Below, in pieces: positions 10,821 to 19,448 of a DNA stretch of 64,000 nt. Made by a program: the position numbers and the translations under genes. The DNA lies in assembly GCF_004353825.1 (NCBI RefSeq), contig NZ_SMNA01000002.1:124001-188000 (forward strand). The letters run 5' to 3'. The DNA is from Occultella glacieicola (lineage in GTDB: Bacteria > Actinomycetota > Actinomycetes > Actinomycetales > Beutenbergiaceae). The first letter of the stretch is position 1, and every line of letters begins with the position of its first letter. Under the pieces are notes generated by a model, which was not told the origin of the DNA, did no database searches, and worked only from the letters and a program-made list of their open reading frames with translations.

Positions 10821-11956
10821 ACCGTCCCACCCGCACCGACCAGGGCCGGTTCGCCGGGGACGTCGGAGGCGGCAGCGTCGCGCGCGTCGGCACCGGAACG
10901 CAGCAGTGGGACGAGCTCCTCGCCCCACCGGCGCACGTCGTTCAGCGGGTCGAAGCCGCGGATCAGCACCCGGGTGACGCCGAGGTCGTAGTACTTCAGG
11001 ATCGCCTCGGCCACCTGCGCCGGGGTACCCACCGGCGCCGTCGAGTTCCCGGCCGGGCCGACCAGCTTGGTGATACCGGTCCAGAGCCGCTCGTCGTGGA
11101 CCTCGGACTCGGCCGCGGCGTCCTGCAGGCGCTGCGCGGACGTGGAGGTCTGGTCCCCCTGCCGCCGGCCGAAGCGCCACCCGGCCTGGTGGTTGCCGAG
11201 GCGCTCCGCGGCGGCGTCGTAGATGGCGGCGGCCTTCTCCCAGGCGGCGTCCTCGGTGTCCGCGACGATCGGGCGCAGCGAGACGGAGAACTCGACGTTG
11301 CGGCCGTGCTTGGCGGCCTCGGCCCGGATCAGCGCGATCCGCTCGGCCGTGGGCGCCAGCGGCTCTCCGAAGAGCATGAACGTGTCCGTGTGCTCGGCGC
11401 CGATCGCGACGGCGTCGCCGGACTGGCCGCCGAAGAAGATCGGGATCTGGCCGTTGGGCTTGACCGCGCTGAATGCGCCCACGTACTTGTAGAACTCGCC
11501 TTCGTGGTCGAACGGCTCGGCACTGCTGAGGGTGCGACGCAGGACGTCGATGAACTCCGCGGTGCGGCGGTAGCGGGCGGGCTTGTCGGAGAAGTCGCCC
11601 TCCCGCTGCTGGTCGGTGTCGCTGCCGCCGGAGATGTGGTGGATGGCGACCCGGCCCTCACCGTAGAGGTTCTCGAGAGTGGCGAGCTTGCGCGCCACGA
11701 GCACCGGCTCGGTGAACCCGGGCCGGTGCGCGATCAGCACGCCGAGGCGTTCGGTGGTGGCGAGGATGTCCGAGGCGATCGCGAACCCGTCCGGGGAGGC
11801 GGCGCTGTAGCCGATCAGGGTGCGGTCGAAGCCCGCGTCGTCGTGGGCGCGGGCGAACGCGCGCAGGAACGCCGGGTCGACGACCTTGGTGTTGGCCCAG
11901 CCGAGGGACTCGGATCCGTTCTGGGTGGCGACCATGCCGAGGATCTGGATGCTCAT
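10817..11956 (-). CDS. LLM-class flavin-dependent monooxygenase (alkanesulfonate monooxygenase-like)
   Basis: AGFDRTLIGY, LIAHRPGF, ARKLATL, IFFGGQS, GNSTAPVGTPAQVAEA, LIRGFDP. Confidence 0.9.
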   Translation of the reverse strand: MSIQILGMVATQNGSESLGWANTKVVDPAFLRAFARAHDDAGFDRTLIGYSAASPDGFAIASDILATTERLGVLIAHRPGFTEPVLVARKLATLENLYGEGRVAIHHISGGSDTDQQREGDFSDKPARYRRTAEFIDVLRRTLSSAEPFDHEGEFYKYVGAFSAVKPNGQIPIFFGGQSGDAVAIGAEHTDTFMLFGEPLAPTAERIALIRAEAAKHGRNVEFSVSLRPIVADTEDAAWEKAAAIYDAAAERLGNHQAGWRFGRRQGDQTSTSAQRLQDAAAESEVHDERLWTGITKLVGPAGNSTAPVGTPAQVAEAILKYYDLGVTRVLIRGFDPLNDVRRWGEELVPLLRSGADARDAAASDVPGEPALVGAGGTV

Positions 11957-12021
11957 GGGAACTCCTTGGGGTGCGAAGAGGTCAGGAAGGTCGGGTGGGG
12001 TCTGGTGGGACGGGGTGCGGC

Positions 12022-12936
12022 TCAGGTGCCCGCGAGCACCTCCCGGCGCAGGACCCGGCGCCCGGCGGCGCCGGAGTCGCCGGCGTGCAGCGACGCCGCG
12101 GAGGCGAGCAGCATCCGGGTGTACGGATGCTCCGGCCGGGAGAGCACCTGCGCCGTCGGGCCCTCCTCCACGATCGAACCGCGGTAGAGCACGGCGACCC
12201 GGTCGCTGACCGCGGCCACCGAGCCGAGGTCGTGGGAGATGAGCAGCAGGCCGAGCTCCCGTTCGCGGCGCAGGCCGTCCAGCAGTTGCAGTACGTGGTT
12301 GCGGTGCGCGGCGTCGAGCGCGCTGACCGGCTCGTCGCAGATGAGGACCTGCGGCGAGACGGCGAGTGCGCGGGCCACCGCGACACGCTGGCGTTGCCCT
12401 CCCGAGAGTTGCCCGGGGGTGCGCGTGGCCAGGTCGGGGTCGAGCCCGACGGCGTGCAACGCCTCGGTCACGCCGGTCTCGATCCGGGCGGCGTCGAGTC
12501 CGCCACGCAGCACCAGCCCCTGTCCCACCGACCGGCCGACGGTCAGGTCCGGGTCCAGGGAGCGTAGGGGGTCCTGGAAGACGTACTGCACGGCCCCGGT
12601 GCGGCGGAACGCCCGCAGCCGGGAGCCACGCAGCGCGCTCACCACTGTGCGGTTGCTGCCCTCGCGGCCCACGGTGATCGTCCCCGCGGAGGTCGGGACC
12701 AGGCCGAGTACGGCCCGGGCGAAGGTCGTCTTGCCGGAGCCGGTCTCGCCGATCAGGCCGACGACCTCACCGGCACGCACGGACAGGTCCACGCCGTGCA
12801 GGATCTCCCGCCGGCCCAACCGTACCCGGACCCCGCCGGCGGTGAGCAGTTCGGCTCCGGCCGTGCTCGTGGCTCCGACCGGACCGTCGTGCTCGGCGGC
12901 GGTCGGCCGGGGCGCGGTCGCGACGGACTCAGACAT
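12022..12936 (-). CDS. Peptide/nickel-type ABC transporter ATP-binding subunit
   Basis: GETGSGKT, LSGGQRQR, DEPVSALD, HPYTRMLL. Confidence 0.93.
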   Translation of the reverse strand: MSESVATAPRPTAAEHDGPVGATSTAGAELLTAGGVRVRLGRREILHGVDLSVRAGEVVGLIGETGSGKTTFARAVLGLVPTSAGTITVGREGSNRTVVSALRGSRLRAFRRTGAVQYVFQDPLRSLDPDLTVGRSVGQGLVLRGGLDAARIETGVTEALHAVGLDPDLATRTPGQLSGGQRQRVAVARALAVSPQVLICDEPVSALDAAHRNHVLQLLDGLRRERELGLLLISHDLGSVAAVSDRVAVLYRGSIVEEGPTAQVLSRPEHPYTRMLLASAASLHAGDSGAAGRRVLRREVLAGT

Positions 12937-13795
12937 CGGCGGTCTCCTTCTCCAGGTACCCGGCGAGCGAGTACGCGTCGTGATGCTCCACCAGCAGCCG
13001 GGTGTACGGATGCCGCGGGTCGGCCAGGACCTGCGCGGTCGGACCGGCCTCGACGACGACCCCGTCGCGCATCACGAGCAGGTTCTCGGTGCTCCGGGAC
13101 ACCACGGCGAGATCATGGGAGACCAGCACGAGGGCGAGGCCCTCCCGGACCCGGACGGTCTCGAACAGGTCGAGAACATCCGCCTGGACGGTGACGTCCA
13201 GGGCCGTGGTGGCCTCGTCGGCGATGAGTAGTTCAGGTCCGAGGCAGATCGCGATCGCGAGCAGGACCCGCTGCAGCATCCCGCCGGAGAGCTCGTGCGG
13301 GTACTGAGTCAGGACCAGGTCCACCTGGTGCAGACCGAGGGACCCGAGAAGTTCCGCGGCCCGCTCCCGAGCCGCGGAACGGGAGAGTCCGCCGCGCACC
13401 CGCAGGACCTCGGTGAGCTGCTTGCCGACGGCGATGGACGGATTCAGGTAGGAGGCCGGGTCCTGGAACACCGCACCGATGCGGGAACCCCGCACCTGCT
13501 CCCACTGGGTGCGGCGCAGGGCACGCAGGTCCATTCCGTCGAAGACCACGCTGCCGCCGGTCACGGAGATCCCGTGCGGCAGCAGGCCGAGCAGTGACCG
13601 GGTGGTGAGGGTCTTGCCGGAGCCGGACTCCCCCACGATCCCGAGCGAGCCGCCGCGGGCCAGCTCGAAGGACACGCCGGAGACGAGCTCGCGGCCGTCC
13701 GGGGCCTCGATGCGCAGGGCGTCGACCTGGACGAGTGCCTCCCCGGCCGTCACGGCGGCGGGCCCACGGTCATGCGTACCGGTGTCAGCGGACAT
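12929..13795 (-). CDS. Peptide/nickel-type ABC transporter ATP-binding subunit
   Basis: GESGSGKT, YPHELSGGMLQR, DEATTALD. Confidence 0.93.
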   Translation of the reverse strand: MSADTGTHDRGPAAVTAGEALVQVDALRIEAPDGRELVSGVSFELARGGSLGIVGESGSGKTLTTRSLLGLLPHGISVTGGSVVFDGMDLRALRRTQWEQVRGSRIGAVFQDPASYLNPSIAVGKQLTEVLRVRGGLSRSAARERAAELLGSLGLHQVDLVLTQYPHELSGGMLQRVLLAIAICLGPELLIADEATTALDVTVQADVLDLFETVRVREGLALVLVSHDLAVVSRSTENLLVMRDGVVVEAGPTAQVLADPRHPYTRLLVEHHDAYSLAGYLEKETADV

Positions 13796-14654
13796 CGGCC
13801 ACCTCCCGCTTGAGTGGGTTGCGCAGGGCTTCGGCGGCTCGGCCGGCGTCTCCGCTGGAGTCGCGGATCGCGTCCGCGAGCAGGTTCAGCGCGGCCACCG
13901 TGCCCATGATCGCCAGGGCCGGCGCCACCGGCCCGAACGGGCGCTGGGTGAGGTAGCCGAGGTCGGAGGCGAGCATGCCGCCCCAGGTGGGATCCGGCGG
14001 CTGGATCCCGATGCCGAGGAACGTGAGCGAGGACACGACGAGCAGGCCGCCGGCGGCCAGGTTCGCGGTCGTGACGACGACCGCGGGCAGCACCTTGGGC
14101 CAGATGTGCACGGCCAGCACGTGCCACCAGGGGGCTCCGAGCAGGGTGGCCGCCTCGACGTACTGGGCGCCGGCGTACCCGAGCGCGGCGGCCCGGATGA
14201 TCCGGAAGTAGACCGGGGCGATCAGCACCCCGACCGCCACCATCGCCTGGAACAGTCCGTTGCCGAACAGCCCGGCGACGGCGATCGCGAAGATGATGAA
14301 CGGCAACGCCATGAACGCGTCCGCCACCCGCAGACTGGTCCAGGCCACCACTCGGCCGCTGAACGCGGAGAGCATGCCCGGCACGATCCCGAGCAGCGCG
14401 CCGATGACGACGGCGGTGAGCGCGGCGAGCACGGACACCCGGGTCCCGGCGACGAGCCGGGACAGCACATCGCGGCCCAGGTAGTCCGTCCCGAGCCAGT
14501 GCGCCGAACTGGTGCCCTGCAGCACCGCACTGGTGTCCTGCGCCAAGGGGTCCTGCGGGGCGAGCAGGTCACCCGTGACGACGAGCAGGACAACGACGGC
14601 GAGGAACGCCAGTGCCACCTGCGCCGACCGCAGCCGCAGTGCCCGGCGGATCAT
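13785..14654 (-). CDS. ABC transporter permease (DppC-like)
   Basis: HWLGTDYLGRDVLSRL, EAA loop YVEAATLLGA, LTFLGIGIQPPDPTWG. Confidence 0.93.
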   Translation of the reverse strand: MIRRALRLRSAQVALAFLAVVVLLVVTGDLLAPQDPLAQDTSAVLQGTSSAHWLGTDYLGRDVLSRLVAGTRVSVLAALTAVVIGALLGIVPGMLSAFSGRVVAWTSLRVADAFMALPFIIFAIAVAGLFGNGLFQAMVAVGVLIAPVYFRIIRAAALGYAGAQYVEAATLLGAPWWHVLAVHIWPKVLPAVVVTTANLAAGGLLVVSSLTFLGIGIQPPDPTWGGMLASDLGYLTQRPFGPVAPALAIMGTVAALNLLADAIRDSSGDAGRAAEALRNPLKREVADVR

Positions 14655-15700
14655 GCCGCACGCTCCGAGGCGGGCAGCAGCCGGGCCAGCACCACGTTCA
14701 CGACCAGGGAGGAGACCAGCACCAGCAGCACCGCCACCAGCAGGGACCCCTGGATCACCGGCACGTCACCGCGCAGGGCCGCGTCCCGGGTGAGCTGCCC
14801 GAGGCCGGGCATCTGGAACACCGCCTCGGTGATGACCGCACCGCCCACGAGGCGGGGTATGTGCAGACCGATCACGGCGATCGCGGGGGCCGCGCCGTTG
14901 CGCAGCGCGTGCACCAGCACCACCCGGCGCCAAGGCAGACCGCGGACCTGGGCCCCGAGCACATAGTTCTCGTCGAGCGCGCTCACGAGGCCGGTGCGCA
15001 ACTGCCGGGCCAGGTCCGCGGACGCGTCCAGGCCGAGCGCGAACGCCGGGAGGACCAGGAACGAGGCCCACAGGCCGATCCCGGCCGAGATCGGCACGTA
15101 GCCACCGGTCGGGAACACGGGGATCAGCACCGCGAACACGATGATCAGACCGATCCCGGCCACGAACGCCGGCACCGTGGTGATCGCTGCCGCGACGGCG
15201 GTGATGGCCCGGTCGACGAACCGGCCCCGGTTCAGTGCCGCGACGATCCCACCGCACCCGCCGAGCACGACCGCGATACCCAGCGCGAGCCCTGCGACGG
15301 ACAGGCTGACCGGGAGTCGTTCGGCGATCGAGTCGGCGACCGGGATGTTCGTGAACCAGGAGGCGCCGAGGTCCCCGTGCAGCGCGTTCCAGACCCAGCT
15401 GCCGTACTGCTCGTGGAACGGCCGGTCCAGCCCGAACTCGTGGCGCATCCGCTCCACGTCCGCGGGGGTGGCGACCTCACCGAGCACGGCCGCCGCGGGG
15501 TCCTGGTCGCTGAACGCGCCGAGCGCGAACGTGATCAGGGTGGTCAGGAACAGCACCGGGACCGCGATGGCCAGGCCCCGGCCGAGCGCGATCAGGACGC
15601 CGCGCGCCGGCGAGTGCGGGGCGAGGTCGGCCACCTCGTCGAGCGGGGCGAGGACCTCCTCGTCCGCGGCCTGCACCTCGGGGGTCGCGACCGCCGTCAT
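14651..15700 (-). CDS. ABC transporter permease (DppB-like)
   Basis: FGLDRP, GDLGASW, HALRNG, GAVITEAVF, GLGQL. Start placed at ATG 15700, overlapping the SBP stop codon. Confidence 0.92.
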   Translation of the reverse strand: MTAVATPEVQAADEEVLAPLDEVADLAPHSPARGVLIALGRGLAIAVPVLFLTTLITFALGAFSDQDPAAAVLGEVATPADVERMRHEFGLDRPFHEQYGSWVWNALHGDLGASWFTNIPVADSIAERLPVSLSVAGLALGIAVVLGGCGGIVAALNRGRFVDRAITAVAAAITTVPAFVAGIGLIIVFAVLIPVFPTGGYVPISAGIGLWASFLVLPAFALGLDASADLARQLRTGLVSALDENYVLGAQVRGLPWRRVVLVHALRNGAAPAIAVIGLHIPRLVGGAVITEAVFQMPGLGQLTRDAALRGDVPVIQGSLLVAVLLVLVSSLVVNVVLARLLPASERAA

Positions 15701-17226
15701 TCGACCCACACGCCCTCGAATCGCACCGTGCCGATCTGGTGCTGCCAGTCGTGCACGTTGTCGCCGTGGACGTACAGCCGCGGCCACGTGAACAGGAACG
15801 TGTTCGGCATCGTGGTCACCGCCGTGTGCACGGCGGTCTGCAGCGTCTCGGCGTAGGCGGGGTCGTCCAGCGGGACCTGGCGGGCCGCGTCGATCGCCGC
15901 GTCGAGTTCGGCGGGGCTGTTGCGCCCGAGGTTCATCAGGCCCTCCGGCCCGAACAGCACCTCGAGCGACTGCACCGGGGACTCCCTGCCGGAGAAGCTG
16001 TCCAGGAAGAGCGGGTACTGGCGGGAGATGTAGTTGCTCACGCCAGGCGTCGCCACCTCGATGGTGATGGTGATTCCGGCGGCCGCGACCTGAGCCTGGA
16101 TCTGTTCGGCCAGTGCCTGGTCCTGGGCGCCGTAGATGGTCAGGGTCAGGTCGATGCCGTCCGGGTACCCGGCCTCGGCGAGCAGGTCCGCGGCGGTGTC
16201 CGGGTCGTGGGCGTACAGGTCATCCAGGGATGCGTCGTAGGCGACGTAGTCGGTCGGGAACGGCTGCCAGTTCGGCTCGCCGTGGCCGAAGAACGCGACA
16301 TCCACGAGGGCCTGCCGGTCGATCGCGTGGCTCAGCGCCTGCAGCACGAGCGGGTCGTCGTACGGGGCGACCGTGTTGTCGACGTCCAGGGTGCGCACCG
16401 TGAAGACGCGCTGCTCCTCGACGGTCAGCTGCGCCGCCTCGGCCGCTGCGACCTGAGCCGGCGGCACCACGGCGATGTCGAACTGACCGGAGGTGAGCCC
16501 GGCGACGGCGACCGTCGGGTCGGGCGGCGGCTTGAGCTCCAGCCCACCGAGCAGGATGTTCTCGACGTTCCAGTAGTCGGCGTTGCGTTCGAACACGGCC
16601 CGCGAGTCCGGCACGTACTCGGTCAGCACGAACGGGCCTGACCCGACCGGCGCGGTGGCGAGTGCGTCGACGTCGGCCGCGAACGCCGTCGGGCTCACGA
16701 GCATGCCGGTCTTGCCGGACATCAGCAGCGGGATCTGGTAGTCGGGCTGGTCCAGCTGGAAGGTGACGTTCAGCTCATCGACCACGGTGACGCCCGTGAT
16801 CACCGCGAGCTGCGCGGCGATCGTGGAGTTCGACTGCGTCTGCCCGCGCTCGATATTCGCTCGGACCGCTTCGGCGTCCACGGGCGTGCCGTCGCTGAAC
16901 GTGAGGTCGGGGCGCAGGGTGAAGGTGATCTGGTCACCGGCGTCGTTGTAGGACCAGGACTCGGCCAGCCCGGGCCGGGCGTCGCCGTCGTTCTCCTGCT
17001 GGACGAGGGCGTCGTAGGCGAGGGCGAGGGCGTGCACATCCTGGCCGGCGGTCGAGGCGACCGGGTCCCACGAGGTCGGCAGGTGCCAGCCCCAGATGAG
17101 CGTGCCGTCCGGGTTCGGGGTGCCGTCGGAGGAACTGTTTCCGCCGGCGCCGCCCGAGCAGGCCGCCAGGAGGGCGAGCAGGAGCAGGGGGATGAGGGCG
17201 CGGACGGGGCGTCGGCGTGAAGTCAT
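15697..17226 (-). CDS. ABC transporter substrate-binding lipoprotein (family 5)
   Basis: MTSRRRPVRALIPLLLLALLAAC lipobox, PGLAESW, FTLRPDLTFSDGTP, GSGPF, ALSHAIDR; RBS AGGA. Confidence 0.92.
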   Translation of the reverse strand: MTSRRRPVRALIPLLLLALLAACSGGAGGNSSSDGTPNPDGTLIWGWHLPTSWDPVASTAGQDVHALALAYDALVQQENDGDARPGLAESWSYNDAGDQITFTLRPDLTFSDGTPVDAEAVRANIERGQTQSNSTIAAQLAVITGVTVVDELNVTFQLDQPDYQIPLLMSGKTGMLVSPTAFAADVDALATAPVGSGPFVLTEYVPDSRAVFERNADYWNVENILLGGLELKPPPDPTVAVAGLTSGQFDIAVVPPAQVAAAEAAQLTVEEQRVFTVRTLDVDNTVAPYDDPLVLQALSHAIDRQALVDVAFFGHGEPNWQPFPTDYVAYDASLDDLYAHDPDTAADLLAEAGYPDGIDLTLTIYGAQDQALAEQIQAQVAAAGITITIEVATPGVSNYISRQYPLFLDSFSGRESPVQSLEVLFGPEGLMNLGRNSPAELDAAIDAARQVPLDDPAYAETLQTAVHTAVTTMPNTFLFTWPRLYVHGDNVHDWQHQIGTVRFEGVWVE

Positions 17227-17382
17227 GGGGCGTCCTGTGCGGTGCGGAGGGGTGTGCGGGGGCACGGTGGGCGGATCGGCCGGGGTGTCAACCGGCGACG
17301 GCTCGAGGGCGACACCCGAGAGGGCCTGTGTTCGGGCCCTGTCGGGCCGCTGGGGGGCGGGCACGTGCCCGACGGGTCGGCG

Positions 17383-17496
17383 TCAGGGCCGACAGCAGGA
17401 CATCCGGGCGCGCCCGCAGGGACACTCCCGACACCGCATCCGGGCAGCCCGGGACCCACGCCGAGCGGCGGGACGGTTCAGGTTGCTCCGAGTCAT
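17383..17496 (-). CDS. Cys-rich leader peptide MTRSNLNRPAARRGSRAARMRCRECPCGRARMSCCRP upstream of the ABC/LLM operon
   Basis: Manual translation gives 37 aa with 5 Cys clustered in the last 16 residues. No RBS; weak -10 GAGCAT 7 nt upstream; followed by a 156-nt C-rich spacer. Confidence 0.7.
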   Translation of the reverse strand: MTRSNLNRPAARRGSRAARMRCRECPCGRARMSCCRP

Positions 17497-17549
17497 GACA
17501 GCGATGCTCGCAGGCACGCCGGCGCGGCGTCCAACAACGATTCCTGGGC

Positions 17550-17596
17550 CGACCGATAGCGAGCGCTTATCGGTCGATCACACACCACCTGTGATC
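17550..17596. promoter_or_regulatory. Two abutting inverted repeats (operator or terminator candidates)
   Basis: CGACCGATA-n9-TATCGGTCG (17550-17576) and GATCACA-n7-TGTGATC (17576-17596). Confidence 0.45.
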
Positions 17597-17707
17597 CGGG
17601 GTTCGACTCCTGATGGAGCTGCCGGAGCCGCCCGTGCCACGTCGGACGCGTGGCGCCGACCCGGCCGTGCGGATCGGCGCCACGCGCGCGTCGGTCGTAC
17701 TCCCGCG

Positions 17708-18184
17708 TCAGCCCTGCTGCCGCGTCATGGTGCTGGGGTACCCACCACCGCCCGGGTAGATCCAGTCGCCGGACATCGCGCGGTCATCGTCGGTGAACGT
17801 GCCACGGAAGTAGGCGGGGCTGTCCTGTGCACCGGCCCAGATGGTGAGGGTGTCGCCCTTGAGTTCGTAGACGTAGTCGAAGGTGTTCCCCATCGAGTCG
17901 TAGAACCGCGAGGCGACCTCCTCGCTGACCGGCTCTCCGAACGGGTGCAGGTGTCCGATCACCTCGAACCCGGTCACCGACTGGCCGTACTGCTCGAGTT
18001 CGACATGCTGGATGAGGAAGTGCCCTCCGGGCATCCACTCGTACCGGACCGTGCCCTGCGCCCCGCCGGTCACCGCCCAGGTGCCGACGAGCCGGTCGAG
18101 GGCGCGGACCACCGCGCTCGGCTGCGGCGGCGCCTCCTGCGAGTGGTCCTGCGCGTCGGGCTGGTCGTTGGTGTCGATGCTCAT
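17708..18184 (-). CDS. Hypothetical beta-barrel protein (DUF1579-like)
   Basis: LDRLVGTW, YEWMPGGHFLIQHV, FYDSMGN, YFRGTF, GDWIYPGGGGY; RBS CAGGAG. Confidence 0.7.
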   Translation of the reverse strand: MSIDTNDQPDAQDHSQEAPPQPSAVVRALDRLVGTWAVTGGAQGTVRYEWMPGGHFLIQHVELEQYGQSVTGFEVIGHLHPFGEPVSEEVASRFYDSMGNTFDYVYELKGDTLTIWAGAQDSPAYFRGTFTDDDRAMSGDWIYPGGGGYPSTMTRQQG

Positions 18185-18238
18185 GATCTGCTCCTGTCTC
18201 GGCTGGAGAGCCCCGGTGTGGGCCGCTCCCACCGATAC

Positions 18239-18265
18239 CTCGGAGCGGCCGTCGGATTCTCGACA
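18239..18265 (-). promoter_or_regulatory. ECF42-type promoter (TGTCGA-n17-CGAG) for the 17708-18184 gene
   Basis: Minus strand reads TGTCGAgaatccgacggccgctcCGAG. Confidence 0.65.
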
Positions 18266-18305
18266 GGACCACGGAAGAAGTCCGACCCAAGTCTTCGGCC
18301 GATGA

Positions 18306-18332
18306 TGTCGAGATGACGGACCGCGCTACGTG
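18306..18332 (+). promoter_or_regulatory. ECF42-type promoter (TGTCGA-n17-CGTG) for the DUF998-DGPF-sigma operon
   Basis: TGTCGAgatgacggaccgcgctaCGTG. Confidence 0.6.
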
Positions 18333-18387
18333 GTGTCTGTGAGCGCCGCCCGATCCCGGACGGCCACCACCATGACCGGAGGACACC

Positions 18388-19044
18388 ATGACCACCACAA
18401 CGTCTCGGCGGACCACGCACGACGCCCCACCCGGTGGCGGGGCGACGACCGGGCGGCTACTCACAGCGGCCGCACTCGCCGGACCGTTCTTCGTCGTCTC
18501 GTCCACCATCCAGGCCTTGGCCAGGGACGGGTTCGACATCCGGGTGCACCCCCTCAGCCAGCTCGCCACGGGTGGGCCCGGATGGATCCAGATGGTCACG
18601 TTCGTCGTGGCGGGGCTCGGCGGCCTCAGCCTCGCCGTCGGGCACCGACGCGTGGTGACCACCGGTGCGGGCGCCCGGGTCGCGCCCGTGTTCCTCGTGG
18701 TGTTCGGCGTGGCGTTCGTGGTCGCCGGCCTCGTCCCGATGGATCCTCAGAACGGACTCCCGGTCGGTGCGCCGGAGGGCGCCGTGGCGATGTCCTGGCA
18801 CTCCGTCGTGCATGGGACGGCGGCCGCGGTGTCGTTCACGGCCCTCGCGGTTGCGTGCGTCGCCCTGGTGGTCCGTGCGATCCGAGCGCGGCGGGTGTGG
18901 GCAGTGCTCGGGAACGGAGTGGTCGCCGTCGTGCTTCTCGTGCCCGTCTCGGCGACGAACGCGAGCATCCAGGTCGCCGCCACCGGACTGGTCGCCTTCA
19001 CCTGGATGACGGTCACCGCCCTTCGTCTGCGCAGGCCCGTATGA
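18388..19044 (+). CDS. DUF998 membrane protein
   Basis: RDGFDIRVHPLSQLATGGPGWIQ, MDPQNG, SWHSVVHG; RBS GGAGGA. Confidence 0.82.
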   Translation: MTTTTSRRTTHDAPPGGGATTGRLLTAAALAGPFFVVSSTIQALARDGFDIRVHPLSQLATGGPGWIQMVTFVVAGLGGLSLAVGHRRVVTTGAGARVAPVFLVVFGVAFVVAGLVPMDPQNGLPVGAPEGAVAMSWHSVVHGTAAAVSFTALAVACVALVVRAIRARRVWAVLGNGVVAVVLLVPVSATNASIQVAATGLVAFTWMTVTALRLRRPV

Positions 19045-19079
19045 GCACGCCTAGGCTGGGAGTCTCTGGGAGGAGAACC

Positions 19080-19448
19080 ATGAAGTTCCTGCTACTGAGC
19101 TACACACCCGCGCAGTCGTGGGACGCCGAGACGGCTGACGTGCCGGGCGAGGAGGCCCTCGCCGCGTTCGCCGCCTACCAGAAGTTCGAGGCGGAGCTCC
19201 GCGAGTCCGGGGAGTTCGTACTCAGCGAGGGCCTGGGACATCCGGCCGTGACCACCACCGTCCGCAAGGTCGACGACGGCGTCGTCGCCACCGACGGCCC
19301 GTTCGCCGAGTTGAAGGAGGTGCTCGCGAGCTTCGCGATCATCGAGTGCTCGAGCCACGAACGTGCGCGTGACATCGTCGCCCGCATGGTCGATGTGCTC
19401 GGCGAGCCCATGGAGATCAGGCCGATCATGGGCGACGACTTCGCCTGA
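19080..19448 (+). CDS. YciI/DGPF family protein
   Basis: MKFLLLSY...LRESGEFV...TDGPFAELKEVLASF...EIRPI; RBS AGGAG. Confidence 0.9.
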   Translation: MKFLLLSYTPAQSWDAETADVPGEEALAAFAAYQKFEAELRESGEFVLSEGLGHPAVTTTVRKVDDGVVATDGPFAELKEVLASFAIIECSSHERARDIVARMVDVLGEPMEIRPIMGDDFA

